A stretch of 64,000 bases of DNA from an uncultured Bacilli bacterium (GTDB lineage Bacteria; Bacillota_I; Bacilli_A; RF39; UBA660), in the NCBI GenBank assembly GCA_947628235.1, contig CANQZC010000004.1, forward strand, positions 12,314 to 76,313, in the 5' to 3' direction. Shown one piece after another: positions 1 to 10,413 of the stretch. The first letter of the stretch is position 1, and every line of letters begins with the position of its first letter. The position numbers and the translations under genes are program-made. The notes beneath the pieces are model-generated. The model saw nothing but the letters and a program-made list of their open reading frames with translations, was not told the origin of the DNA and did not search any database.

Positions 1-521
1 AATTAACTTTAAACGAAGAGTATCCTTATATTTATCTTTATGTCGATGGAGAACCAATGATTGAAGGAAAAGAGATAGAAGACTATCTTTGGGTAGCTGA
101 TGATTTCGGTGTTATGGCTTCTAAAGTAGGAAAGATTTCCTTTTCCTTTGAAGAGGCTCCTCAAAGTTTTCAAGTCTATACGATCGATGTTTCTGCTATT
201 CAAGAATTTTGGGAAACAAGGGAGCAGTTTGTTCTTTCTAAAAATACAGGAAATCATATTTCTGGTACGATAACTGCTTCTCAAGATGGTTACTTATTCT
301 TTAGTATTCCTTATGAAGAAGGATGGGAAGCATCTTTAGATGGAAAGAAAGTTCCTTGTCAATCTCTTTTAGATACCTTTTTAGCAATTGAAGTAAAGCA
401 AGGGACGCACACTGTAGAATTAAATTATCATGTTCCGGGAATAAAGGCAGGAATCTTTCTTAGCCTAGGAAGTTTTCTTCTCCTTTTGGGATATGAGAGA
501 TACCGAAAAAGACACTGTTAA
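1..521 (+). CDS. C-terminal portion of a large membrane protein, YfhO-like; the reading frame is open back to the window edge (5-prime partial)
   Basis: The frame of the 57..521 ORF has no stop back to nt 3. The IPYEEGWEASLDGKKV motif and a C-terminal TM resemble the YfhO family C-terminus. The 9..284 minus ORF is antisense to it. Confidence 0.4.
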   Translation, partial: LTLNEEYPYIYLYVDGEPMIEGKEIEDYLWVADDFGVMASKVGKISFSFEEAPQSFQVYTIDVSAIQEFWETREQFVLSKNTGNHISGTITASQDGYLFFSIPYEEGWEASLDGKKVPCQSLLDTFLAIEVKQGTHTVELNYHVPGIKAGIFLSLGSFLLLLGYERYRKRHC

Positions 522-1078
522 TCAGTGTCTTTCTCTGTATATTTAGATTCAAATAAATTTTGTTCTTCGTTTTCTTCCTCTTTGATTTCAATTTTAGGGA
601 GTTCATCAATTCCTCCTAATCCGAAGTAATCTAAAAAGTCATTGGTCACTCCATATTGTTTTGGATGACCAGGAAGATTTGATCTTCCTACTTCTTGAAT
701 TAGATTTTTGATGAGTAATTTTCGAATGACATAACTACTATTTACGCCCCGAATTTCATCTACTTCAATTCTAGTAATTGGCTCATTATACGCGATAATC
801 GCTAGAGTCTCTAAAGCAGATTGCGTTAGATTGGAGTTTTCTTCTTCTAGCATAATTTTTTGGTAGTACTTTTTATGTTCTTGCTTGGTCGTTAATTTAA
901 AGTGTTCTCCTAGCAATTCTAATTGAATTCCTCGATTTTCATCTTGATAGTCTTGGTATAGTTCTTGAATTAGTTTTTTGACTTCTTCGGTAGGAATTTC
1001 TAAAATGGAACTGATTTCTGCTATCGTTAATCCATCAGCACCTTTTACAAAAAGTAATCCTTCGATGACTGCTTTCAT
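518..1078 (-). CDS. scpB: Segregation and condensation protein B
   Basis: The translation has the ScpB-like N-terminus IEGLLFVKGADGLTIAEI and an acidic C-terminus; it is 4 nt overlap-coupled to scpA. Confidence 0.8.
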   Translation of the reverse strand: MKAVIEGLLFVKGADGLTIAEISSILEIPTEEVKKLIQELYQDYQDENRGIQLELLGEHFKLTTKQEHKKYYQKIMLEEENSNLTQSALETLAIIAYNEPITRIEVDEIRGVNSSYVIRKLLIKNLIQEVGRSNLPGHPKQYGVTNDFLDYFGLGGIDELPKIEIKEEENEEQNLFESKYTEKDTD

Positions 1079-1797
1079 TTTTCTCCCCCCGTTTCCCGAA
1101 TAATAATATTATCAAAATTTTTCGTCTGTTCAATACTAATTTCTTGCTTTTTGGACATACTTAAGATAGCAAGGAAAGTAACTACTACATATTCTTTGGT
1201 TACAAAATCAAATAAATCTTCAAAAGAGACTTCCTTTTTCTTTCTTAAAATATCACGAATTTGAACACATCTTGTTCCTACCGAATATTCTTTCGAAGCG
1301 ATTTTCGTGTTTAATGGCTTTTGAAATTCTTTAGAATCTAAGAATTTTTGAAAAGCTGCTAGTAAATCTTCTAAAGAAATCCCATAGTCTATTTTCCCTT
1401 TTTCTTCTTGATATTCTAAAAGGTCGCTTGGTTCTTTTGTATAGACTTCTTTTCGATAGGATTCTAGTTCTTGGAAAGTTGCGGTTGCTTCTTTATAAGC
1501 TTGATACTCAAGGAGACGGTTAATCAACTCTTCTTTAGGATCTTCTTCCTCCTCGTCCTCTTTTTGAGGAAGCAATACTCGTGATTTCATTTCTACTAGT
1601 TCTGCTGCCATCACTAAGTATTCACTAGCGATATCTAGATTCATTTCTTCCATTTTTTCAATGTAATCTAGGTATTGCTTGGTTATTTCTTCAATGGAAA
1701 TGTCGCAAATATTGATATCTGACTGCTTAATTAAATGAAGAAGCAAGTCGAGTGGTCCATCAAAAGATGGTAGGGTAATTGTATATTCCATAAGCAT
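1075..1797 (-). CDS. scpA: Segregation and condensation protein A
   Basis: The LDLLLHLIKQ ... EITKQYLDY N-terminal motif is typical of ScpA. A true start at the third codon (MEYT) is possible. Confidence 0.8.
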   Translation of the reverse strand: MLMEYTITLPSFDGPLDLLLHLIKQSDINICDISIEEITKQYLDYIEKMEEMNLDIASEYLVMAAELVEMKSRVLLPQKEDEEEEDPKEELINRLLEYQAYKEATATFQELESYRKEVYTKEPSDLLEYQEEKGKIDYGISLEDLLAAFQKFLDSKEFQKPLNTKIASKEYSVGTRCVQIRDILRKKKEVSFEDLFDFVTKEYVVVTFLAILSMSKKQEISIEQTKNFDNIIIRETGGEK

Positions 1798-1938
1798 CCA
1801 ACTTTCTCATTCATTATAATATTTTTCAAAATAAAACTCAATACTTTCTATTTTTATACAAAGATTTTCAAAAAGAACTTTTTTTTTCCAAAAATTTAAG
1901 ATATACTATAGTTAGTAAAATAGTAAAGGGGAATAGAT

Positions 1939-3540
1939 ATGGTATTCAGAAAACCGTATGCATTTTTAATCAAACACTTTAAATTACTCCATATTTTGAT
2001 GACGATAGGAATGATTTTCTCTAGTTATCGTACGGAGTTAATGATTAGTTTTTTAAATGAATATATCGGTTCTAACATTTCTGTCATGGGAAAAGAAATC
2101 GTCTCATCCTTGTATAATGTATGGGTATTTCTAGTTCCTGTTTTAATCTTAATTATCTCTATTGTCCTATTAGTCACTATGACAATAAAGAAAAAACCTA
2201 GATTGTATTATATTTTAATGATTATTGTCCATGTTGCATTAATTGCTATCTATATTTATGGATTTGTAGTTTTTGGAAAGATGCAAGAGACTATTGTAGA
2301 GGTAAGAACGATTAAGGCTCTTCGTGATGTCCTCCTCTATGGTATCCTTTTCCAAGGAGCTTTCTCATTAGTTTCATTAATCCGTGGCGTTGGATTTGAT
2401 ATTAAGAAATTTGACTTCGGTCGAGATTTACAAGAATTAGATATCTCAGAATCAGATAGTGAAGAGTTTGAGGTTTCATTTAACTTTGATTTAAACGATA
2501 AGACTAGACAAGGAAAGAAATTCCTACGCCTTTTGAAATATCAATACTTAGAACATAAATTTGTTTTCCGAATCGCGGGAGGGATTGTTTTAGCAGCACT
2601 TCTTTTCTTCGCTTATTCTCATTATAATATCTATAATAAAACGAATCCAGAGGGAACTAGTTTCTATATGAATGGATTTACCTTGGGCGCAGAAAAAAGT
2701 TATTTAGTAAATCAAGACTTCCGGGGAAATATTATCGGTGATGGAAGTATTTACTTAGTTGTTGTAGATATCAATATTAAAAACAGTTCTCCAACTCCAT
2801 CTCCATTCGCAACAGGTGGAGTAGAACTAAATATTGCGGGAGATGTTTATCATCATACCGATAAGTACGATGCGGTTTTAGATGATTTAGGAGTTGTCTA
2901 TAAAGGACAAAATATTGCTCAAGAATTTACACACTACCTTTTTGTTTATGAAATTCCAGTAACGGCTACGAAGAGTAAGATGAAACTAGGCTTTAGTAAT
3001 GCTGATAATGGAAAGACGGCATATGTAAAATTAAAAGTAAATGATTTAACACCACAAGATAAGAAAGTCCAAGAGTATACTTTAGGCCAAGAAGCTAAAT
3101 TGAACGATAGTACTCTAGGAGATAGTACTTTAAAAATTGATAGTTATGAATTGAGAAATCGTTTTAGTTTAAACTATCGGTATTGTTCTACGAGAACTAA
3201 GAAATGTATTGATTCTGTAGAATATTTGATGCCAAACTTATATAACTCTAATTATAATAAGACACTTCTTAGAATTGATGGAACTTTTACTCTAGATGAG
3301 AATATGCATTCAGAGACTATTAAAGATTTTTATGGATTCTTCCAAGCATTTGGAAAGATTGAATATGAATTGAACGGGGAAACAAAGTATCAGAATGTTT
3401 ATTTAGGAGATGTAAGACCATCTAAAGTAAAATCGAATTCTTATTATATTGAAGTGATTCAGGAAATTAAGGCAGCAGACAAAATTGTCTTGATTTTCCA
3501 AGTAAGAAACAATGTTTATCGGTATTATTTAAAAAAATAA
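1939..3540 (+). CDS. Polytopic membrane protein (about 5 N-terminal TM helices) with a large extracytoplasmic domain; function unknown; first gene of the accessory block
   Basis: Long ORF with several hydrophobic N-terminal segments. Nothing identifiable as a prepilin-peptidase motif. Confidence 0.45.
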   Translation: MVFRKPYAFLIKHFKLLHILMTIGMIFSSYRTELMISFLNEYIGSNISVMGKEIVSSLYNVWVFLVPVLILIISIVLLVTMTIKKKPRLYYILMIIVHVALIAIYIYGFVVFGKMQETIVEVRTIKALRDVLLYGILFQGAFSLVSLIRGVGFDIKKFDFGRDLQELDISESDSEEFEVSFNFDLNDKTRQGKKFLRLLKYQYLEHKFVFRIAGGIVLAALLFFAYSHYNIYNKTNPEGTSFYMNGFTLGAEKSYLVNQDFRGNIIGDGSIYLVVVDINIKNSSPTPSPFATGGVELNIAGDVYHHTDKYDAVLDDLGVVYKGQNIAQEFTHYLFVYEIPVTATKSKMKLGFSNADNGKTAYVKLKVNDLTPQDKKVQEYTLGQEAKLNDSTLGDSTLKIDSYELRNRFSLNYRYCSTRTKKCIDSVEYLMPNLYNSNYNKTLLRIDGTFTLDENMHSETIKDFYGFFQAFGKIEYELNGETKYQNVYLGDVRPSKVKSNSYYIEVIQEIKAADKIVLIFQVRNNVYRYYLKK

Positions 3541-3633
3541 AAAGTCGCAGAAATTACGATTATTTTAAAATCGCGGATTTTGACTACCAAATTGAAGAAA
3601 AGTATGTTATAATTTAGAAAGGATAGAGTCGAC

Positions 3634-4326
3634 ATGAAAAGATATCTAATATATATGATACTACTGACAGGAATGCTTGTCATACCAAACCATGTATCTG
3701 CGATTCTCTGTGATTACCGAACAATCGCAGATTATCGGGACTTGGCAAGTAATATTCGAACCTATACCAATTATCAAATGGTAGATGGACAACCAGTTTT
3801 TACAATTACATTTACAAATATTTATGATGATATTTATATTGTTGATGAAACGAATCCAGATAAAACGAAGAAATATACAAGTAAAAACTTTGATGATGAA
3901 ACAACTCTTGTATTAAGTGGATATAAAGATAATCAGAGATTAACCTTTAAGATATACACTAGTACGGATGGATGCTACGGACAGATTTTAGGGACTAGAT
4001 ATGTTACATTACCTAATTATAATGAACTTTCAGTAGATCCTATTTGCGTCGGAGCAGAGGAGTACTCTTTATGTCAAAGATGGGGCGCTAATTCCATTAC
4101 TAACTATGACGACTTTGTAAGTAAGGTAAATAAATATAAAGAAGCAAGAAAACAAAAAATTACTTCTACAGCAGAGAAACAACCATTGACATGGAAAGAA
4201 AAAATTTTAAAGTTTATTGGTAATTATTATGTATATTTAGTTTCAGGAATTGTTATATTGATTTTAATATTAGCCGCATTAAAATCAATATCTGCAAAGA
4301 AACATGAATTCAATTTTAAAGTGTAG
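3634..4326 (+). CDS. Secreted protein with a signal peptide and a C-terminal TM anchor; unknown function
   Basis: The N-terminus MKRYLIYMILLTGMLVIPNHVSA is a signal peptide. A hydrophobic C-terminal helix is followed by basic residues. An RBS lies upstream, preceded by an extended -10 tgtTATAAT. Confidence 0.45.
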   Translation: MKRYLIYMILLTGMLVIPNHVSAILCDYRTIADYRDLASNIRTYTNYQMVDGQPVFTITFTNIYDDIYIVDETNPDKTKKYTSKNFDDETTLVLSGYKDNQRLTFKIYTSTDGCYGQILGTRYVTLPNYNELSVDPICVGAEEYSLCQRWGANSITNYDDFVSKVNKYKEARKQKITSTAEKQPLTWKEKILKFIGNYYVYLVSGIVILILILAALKSISAKKHEFNFKV

Positions 4327-4341
4327 GTGAATAAGAAAAAT

Positions 4342-7300
4342 ATGAAAAAGAAAAAAACAAGAGGGAAAACACTTTTACTATTGTGTTTAATTGCTTGCTT
4401 GATGATTTTTTCAGCAACCCCATTTGTAAGTGGGGAAGGAGAAACTCCTTCTGGTGGAGGAGTTTCTACAGGCGGTGACGATGGCGGAGAAGCAAGCGGT
4501 AAAGGTGAATCATGCAATTCTATGACAGGGAACAGTTATGTAAGATGGGGAATAAGAGTTTCTATTGTTGGAGATGATTCTAAGCCTATTGCAGGAACTC
4601 ATGCAATTAATGTAGTACCTAAAGTTTGGGAAAAAGGAGCTTATGTTGATTGGGCTAACGGAACCTTTTATTCTGTTAGCAATGGAACCAAAACGAAATA
4701 TGAATATTTAAGTTCTCTAAGTTCTGATGTCCTTAATGGAAAAGATGTAACTCCTGTTACGGAAACTACATGGAGTGGAATGGGATTCATTAGTGCAGAA
4801 GCTTTAATTAGTAAAGCGGCATTAGCTTTGAATATTCACAATAGTATTCCAAAGGACTACACCGGTAGTAAGGTTACATCTGATATCAAAGCACTATATA
4901 ACTATATAGCTACTGTAGATGCTTCTAATAATTATGCATGGACAGATGCATTATTCTCTTTACTTGGATGGAATAAAAAAGTTGCGGAATTAACTGAGGA
5001 AGAAATTTCTAGCACTTATGTTATGTTTGAACCAGTTATGGGATTAGAGGTAAAAACGGCTAGTACTGGTTGCGATAGTTATCATGGTGTCGTAGCGACG
5101 ATGACAGAGATGGCAACTATTTTATCTCCGGGAACTTCTACATGGTCTATGGGAAAAGACATGGTAGAAAAATTTGGAGCTCAGATATATGCTCCAGCAA
5201 ACTGTGGATATGATAAATGTGCTCCTAAAGATATTGAAAGTTATAATAATCTAGCAATATCAGCTGCTAAAGGAAGGGGAGCTTGGAGAAAATTAGTGGA
5301 TGCTACTACTACTCAAGCTGTTAGTTATATTTGGCTAGGTGCTGTTATTCAAAAAGAGGAATCTTGCCCTGAAGTTATCAAACAAATCAATGCTATGAAG
5401 ACAGGCGGAAAAATAGATCAGAGCAAATATGATGATTTAGTTGCAAAGGTAAAAAATGGACAGCTTACTCTTGAACTTGCTCAACAACTTAATTTACAAT
5501 CTGCTAGTGGAAAGTTCTTAGTTATGACACAACCACAAGATTATGATTATCTTGATAAAACTTACTATGGTGATACAACGATTAATCCAACAGGACTTGC
5601 AAAATGTGAAAACCACATTCCACAACCACCAACGGCTTGCGATCCTTCTTTAGCACATGCAGATGTTTATGTTGACCCTTGTACAAATGGACAAACATAC
5701 TTTAGAGATGATGGTAATGAAGATAACTGGTTAAAATGTGAAACAGCTTACTATTTTAACGGTACTGCTTATTCATCAGATAATACTGGACATGTTGCTA
5801 CAGATGTAGAAGCATGGCAAAGTGATGGAAGAATTCAAGTTAGTTCTAAGTTTCAAGCTGTTATGGGAAGCCATAGACAGGTTGGAAATAAAGAGTTTTG
5901 TGAAGTTTTCTGCCGAGAAGAATATGAAACATATTTTCCAACTTCGGTTACAGGCATAAGAGCTGGACGGACTTTTGTTTGGGGACAATCTGATGGCACT
6001 TATGGAACAGTAAGAATTATTAAACACTGTTCTAATCAAGATTATAATAAAGATGCTGGTGAAGGATATCGATTTAAAGAATGGGAAAGCAAGTATAAGG
6101 AAAATGAACGACAATTAGTTACAAATTGGCTTGACTATAACTTTAATAAATGGGCTGATGATAATATTAAAGTAACACACGCTTCTGATAGCACACTTCA
6201 TGCAAATGGAGGATGCTGCGCCGTTGAAAAAACTAATCCAATTACAGGTCGCGCATATTGCAAGACCCCTGGAACAAAATGGACAGCCAAAAAGGAACAC
6301 CCATTTACTAGCAAAGGTAATCCTGATAACAATGACTGGATGAAAGCTTATGGTAGCATAGATGCTAAATTTAATGATTATAGTTGTACTTCTGAAGACG
6401 ATGCAAAAAACAAGGTTAAAAGTCCAAATACGCAAACTTACTATAATAACTATACTATAAATGTTGCACAAGAACCTGAAATTATGGCAGAAATATTAGA
6501 GTGCGCACAAAATATAAAATATGTATATAATGCTGTTGTATATTTTGTATTCCAAGAACCTGTTAATGCTCAGTATGGACCAAACTCAAGACAATTCCAA
6601 TATGATGATGAGTTATTAATAGACCCATCTAAAGAGGATGGTTATAACAAAGACAATGTTGATACAAGCACTTGTGAACGTGCTAGAGTATATTCATATG
6701 AATGCTCAGGTTCTGATTTAGATGCTCATTGCGATGCTACTGAAGAGTGGGTACTTGATTGCTCTAAGACCCGTGTCACTTGGGATATTGAAGGAAATTG
6801 GACTTACAAATATAATGCAGAGGATTTCCAATGGTATTCTTTAAAAATTGATAGTACTTTAATCAATAAAAAGGAAAAGCCAAGCATTGATGATGCATAT
6901 TTCTATTTCCTTGGATTTGGATTACCAACAGCATTTAGTTTGACAGATGGTACCTATGATATGAAAGTCGTTGTTGGAACAATTGGAGATACTGGCGTTA
7001 CAGAAGGTGATCAACAATATAATGTTGATAACGGACATTTCTGGCCATTAACTGATTTTACAGATCATAACGTTTACGGCTTTGAATATCAATGTACATA
7101 TGAAGTAATAAACGAAATATTTGGTTATGATTGCCAATATGCGGCAGGTCAATTAACCGGGGTATCTCCAGAATATTGTGACCCAACAGATGACGGAGAT
7201 TCAAATGGATATTTGAAAGGTATTGATATTGTTTATAGATTGATTCAACTTTTAGACGATACGGATAGCATTGATAAAGCCTTCCCTGGTATCGATGGAA

Positions 7301-7719
7301 ATGGTAGAAATCAGGGAATGAACTGGAAATTACCAGAGAGTGACTTACATGACATTTTAAATTCGAATGTGATAAACAATAGCAATGCAATGTATGAATT
7401 AATGTTGGATGTAAATGCAATTCAGTACATTAGGGAAGATAATAAGAAATATTTTGATATGGGATTAGATCCTTATACTTCTTATGATTCAGAAAGCGGC
7501 GGATATAAAATTATTTGTGTCGGAGGTACTGACAAAAATAAATATTGTGCAAGTACGTTCTTGGATGATCTTCAAAATTTAAATGGTAATTTTTTAAATT
7601 ATCCACTTATGGGTACTTGTTTACCTAATGGTTTATCAGCGGAGCCAAGAGCTCGAGAAATATTAGCAAATGGTTGCGGATATTCATATGTATATCCACC
7701 ATTCACATGGACGAGGTGA
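4342..7719 (+). CDS. Very large (about 1125 aa) Cys-rich secreted protein, candidate surface or adhesin-like factor of the locus
   Basis: The ATG at 4342 is preferred over the GTG at 4327 because AGGTGA lies 11 nt upstream. A signal peptide is followed by a Gly-rich segment. There are dozens of Cys residues and no C-terminal anchor. Confidence 0.55.
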   Translation: MKKKKTRGKTLLLLCLIACLMIFSATPFVSGEGETPSGGGVSTGGDDGGEASGKGESCNSMTGNSYVRWGIRVSIVGDDSKPIAGTHAINVVPKVWEKGAYVDWANGTFYSVSNGTKTKYEYLSSLSSDVLNGKDVTPVTETTWSGMGFISAEALISKAALALNIHNSIPKDYTGSKVTSDIKALYNYIATVDASNNYAWTDALFSLLGWNKKVAELTEEEISSTYVMFEPVMGLEVKTASTGCDSYHGVVATMTEMATILSPGTSTWSMGKDMVEKFGAQIYAPANCGYDKCAPKDIESYNNLAISAAKGRGAWRKLVDATTTQAVSYIWLGAVIQKEESCPEVIKQINAMKTGGKIDQSKYDDLVAKVKNGQLTLELAQQLNLQSASGKFLVMTQPQDYDYLDKTYYGDTTINPTGLAKCENHIPQPPTACDPSLAHADVYVDPCTNGQTYFRDDGNEDNWLKCETAYYFNGTAYSSDNTGHVATDVEAWQSDGRIQVSSKFQAVMGSHRQVGNKEFCEVFCREEYETYFPTSVTGIRAGRTFVWGQSDGTYGTVRIIKHCSNQDYNKDAGEGYRFKEWESKYKENERQLVTNWLDYNFNKWADDNIKVTHASDSTLHANGGCCAVEKTNPITGRAYCKTPGTKWTAKKEHPFTSKGNPDNNDWMKAYGSIDAKFNDYSCTSEDDAKNKVKSPNTQTYYNNYTINVAQEPEIMAEILECAQNIKYVYNAVVYFVFQEPVNAQYGPNSRQFQYDDELLIDPSKEDGYNKDNVDTSTCERARVYSYECSGSDLDAHCDATEEWVLDCSKTRVTWDIEGNWTYKYNAEDFQWYSLKIDSTLINKKEKPSIDDAYFYFLGFGLPTAFSLTDGTYDMKVVVGTIGDTGVTEGDQQYNVDNGHFWPLTDFTDHNVYGFEYQCTYEVINEIFGYDCQYAAGQLTGVSPEYCDPTDDGDSNGYLKGIDIVYRLIQLLDDTDSIDKAFPGIDGNGRNQGMNWKLPESDLHDILNSNVINNSNAMYELMLDVNAIQYIREDNKKYFDMGLDPYTSYDSESGGYKIICVGGTDKNKYCASTFLDDLQNLNGNFLNYPLMGTCLPNGLSAEPRAREILANGCGYSYVYPPFTWTR

Positions 7720-7725
7720 TAGGTA

Positions 7726-8160
7726 ATGAGAGAGTCATTTTGGGGTGTTATGATTATAGGAATGGGAATAGTATCTATGTTTCTTGTATACTTTTTCCAA
7801 TCTATCACTAACACGGATGAGCATAATTATGAATTGTTAAAAGAAACAACGGAAGCAGCAATGTATGACGCGATTGATCTTGCTGCTTACCGTTATGATG
7901 AAACAGTTCGAATTGATAGAGAAATTTTTGTAGAAAGTTTCTTTAGAAGATTCGCACAGGATGCAACTTTACAACATCAATATCATGTTTGGATTTATGA
8001 TGTTCATGAGGAACCACCTAAAGTTAGTATTAGAGTAGAGACGATGGGATCTGAAATTTCTACGACGATGAGTGGTGGAGACAGCATTAATTTTAAATTA
8101 ACGGATACAATTAATGCCATTTTGGAAACAAAATGGGGTGTTAATGGATATGGAGGATAG
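7726..8160 (+). CDS. TadE-like pseudopilin/minor pilin candidate
   Basis: The MRESFWG N-terminus followed by a hydrophobic helix is shared with the ORFs at 12445 and 13000 (MRESIG, MREAVG). The small size fits a TadE/TadF-like protein. Confidence 0.35.
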   Translation: MRESFWGVMIIGMGIVSMFLVYFFQSITNTDEHNYELLKETTEAAMYDAIDLAAYRYDETVRIDREIFVESFFRRFAQDATLQHQYHVWIYDVHEEPPKVSIRVETMGSEISTTMSGGDSINFKLTDTINAILETKWGVNGYGG

Positions 8161-8165
8161 AAAAT

Positions 8166-9026
8166 ATGAATAATTTTATGATTTCTGCAAAAAGACTTAT
8201 CACAAACAAAAATACCGTTACCATCATAGGCGTTCTTATCGTTCTTGTTATTCTATACTGGGGATATAAGTCTACTATTGATAATGCGGTAAAACCAGTT
8301 AGTGTTCCATTTGCTAATAAGTTAATTGGACCACAAACTGAGATTACAGCTGATGATATCAGTTGGAAAAATGTTGCTAACGCAGCAAAAGATAATACAG
8401 TATTGATGAGAGAAAGCGACATTGTTGGAAAATACACTGCTGTAAATGCTACGATTCCAGAAGGAAGTATGTTTTATAGTGATGTATTAATCAATAAGGA
8501 AGATCTTCCTGGTTCTTGGTTAACAAGAATTAAAACAGATGTTAATGGAGTACCTGAAATTCCTTATTACATTTCTGTAAATATCGTTACTACATTTGGT
8601 AAATCTATTCAACCAGATGATTATATTGATATTTATATGAAAGCAAAAGATGAATCAGACTTGATTATGTTCGGTAAACTTATCGAAAATATTCAAGTAT
8701 TAGCAGTTAAAGATATGAGTGGTGAAGATGTTTTCAAAGATGTTGATAGCGATGCTACTCCAGCTTACTTATATTTCGGTGTATCTAGTGAGTTACATGA
8801 CTTATTAAGAAAAGCTTTATATTTAAGTAGTATTGGTGTTGAAATCATCGTTGTACCACATGGAGGTATTTCTCCAGTTACTGGAGATGTAGTTGTAAGT
8901 AGTGCTTATCTAAGAGACTATATCGATGCACACAGTGTTGTTATTCCAACAGATGAAGAATATGTTGAAAACTTAGATGGAAGCAATACAAATACAAACA
9001 CTGGAACAAATCCAGCAGGAAATTAA
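8166..9026 (+). CDS. CpaB/RcpC-like Flp pilus assembly protein
   Basis: An N-terminal TM is followed by a SAF-like segment (ITADDISW ... GKYTAVNATIPEGSMF). Placement just upstream of the CpaF ATPase supports the call. Confidence 0.45.
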   Translation: MNNFMISAKRLITNKNTVTIIGVLIVLVILYWGYKSTIDNAVKPVSVPFANKLIGPQTEITADDISWKNVANAAKDNTVLMRESDIVGKYTAVNATIPEGSMFYSDVLINKEDLPGSWLTRIKTDVNGVPEIPYYISVNIVTTFGKSIQPDDYIDIYMKAKDESDLIMFGKLIENIQVLAVKDMSGEDVFKDVDSDATPAYLYFGVSSELHDLLRKALYLSSIGVEIIVVPHGGISPVTGDVVVSSAYLRDYIDAHSVVIPTDEEYVENLDGSNTNTNTGTNPAGN

Positions 9027-9069
9027 TAAAAAGTAAAAAGAAGAATGAATAAAAAGGCTTGGTGAATAT

Positions 9070-10395
9070 ATGGATAATATATTTGATCAGATGGACTTCG
9101 GTTCATTACAACAATATCTTGACAATGACGATGTAACCGATATTTCCTACAGTAATGGAGGACAATTATGGTTAAAGACATTATCTCATGGTATATTTAG
9201 AGTAGAAAATCCTTTAATCGATAACAATTTCATGGAAAAGTTAGCATTCCAATGTTCCAATGTTGTTGGTCATAGTTTCAACGCAGCTCACCCTTTCCTA
9301 GATAGTGAAAGCGCTGAGTTGCGTATGAACTTTATCCATGATTCTATCGCTCGAAATGGGATTGCATGTGTTATTCGTAAAACACCAGCAAAGATTCGTT
9401 TGGAACATGATAAAATTATTGAAGAAAAATATATTACAGAAGATATTCATGATTTATTAATTCGTTGTGTTCACGGTCATTGTAATATGATTGTATCTGG
9501 AGAAACTGGTTCAGGTAAAACTGAGTTTGTAAAATACTTAGCTTCTCACACATACGAAAATGAAAAATTGATAACGATAGAGGATACCCTCGAACTTCAC
9601 TTGGATAGAATTTATCCACACAGAGACATCGTTGCTATGAAAACAAATAATGTTGCTAGTTATACCGATGTACTTGTTTCTTGTATGAGACAGAACCCTA
9701 AATGGATATTACTTTCCGAGGTTCGTAGTGCAGAGGCAGTACTTGCTGCCAGAAACTCTATTTCTTCTGGTCACTATATTCTTTCTACTATCCATGCCGA
9801 TAGGGCAACATCTATCCCTAACCGTATGTATAGTTTGCTAGAAACAAACCAAGAAATTGATCAATTCTTAAGATCTATCTATCGATATATTCAAATTGGT
9901 ATTTATATCCGTGGATATCAAGATAGAGTATCTAAAAGATTTGTTCGTGAGATTGCGGAAGTTTGTGAATTTTATGTTACGGAAGAAAATGAAGCAAAAT
10001 ATAATATTTTATTTCAAAAAACTCCAGCAGGAAAAATTACAAAGCATCCGCCAAGCAAATATTTAGTTGCTTATTTGGAGGCTCAAGGAGTTATCCTTCC
10101 AGAAGGTTTTATGGCAGGAGAAGCTACCGACAATGGAGTTTCTGCCTCTGAGACACTAGAAAAGGAAGATCCTTTCGCAGAACCTGCAAATAGCGAAGAA
10201 GGAGAAGGAGGACAAGAAGTACAACCTACTTCAACAGTTCCTACTGCCCCTGTAAGTCAACCAATGAATCCTATGGCAAGTCAACCTCAACCCACGATGA
10301 CTGTGCCACAACAAGTGAGTCCAATGACTCAACCACAAATGATGGCTCAAATGCCACCACAGGCAAGTCCAACGACTGCTTTTCCAACACAATAA
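9070..10395 (+). CDS. CpaF/TadA-family (VirB11-like) secretion ATPase with a C-terminal P/Q/T/M-rich tail
   Basis: Walker A GETGSGKTE, the ILLSEVRSAEA Asp-box region and the TIHA His-box are present. The last 90 or so aa are low complexity. Confidence 0.8.
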   Translation: MDNIFDQMDFGSLQQYLDNDDVTDISYSNGGQLWLKTLSHGIFRVENPLIDNNFMEKLAFQCSNVVGHSFNAAHPFLDSESAELRMNFIHDSIARNGIACVIRKTPAKIRLEHDKIIEEKYITEDIHDLLIRCVHGHCNMIVSGETGSGKTEFVKYLASHTYENEKLITIEDTLELHLDRIYPHRDIVAMKTNNVASYTDVLVSCMRQNPKWILLSEVRSAEAVLAARNSISSGHYILSTIHADRATSIPNRMYSLLETNQEIDQFLRSIYRYIQIGIYIRGYQDRVSKRFVREIAEVCEFYVTEENEAKYNILFQKTPAGKITKHPPSKYLVAYLEAQGVILPEGFMAGEATDNGVSASETLEKEDPFAEPANSEEGEGGQEVQPTSTVPTAPVSQPMNPMASQPQPTMTVPQQVSPMTQPQMMAQMPPQASPTTAFPTQ

Positions 10396-10413
10396 TAGAA
10401 AAGGAGGAAAAAT

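Noticed and set aside
9-284. 91-aa minus-strand ORF at the window start
   Set aside because: It is antisense to an open plus-strand frame that runs to the window edge and encodes a YfhO-like C-terminus. Its product is low complexity and it has no RBS.
3560-3590. AAAATCGCGGATTTT palindrome after the 1939 ORF as a terminator
   Set aside because: The A/T-only stem has a 3-nt centre and no clear downstream U-run, so it is too weak to call.
4227-7420. Minus-strand ORFs (4227..4517, 5776..6114, 6115..6471, 7058..7420) inside the 1125-aa gene
   Set aside because: They are antisense shadow ORFs within a long, coherent plus-strand coding region. Their composition is AT-rich, Ile/Phe/Ser-rich and low complexity.
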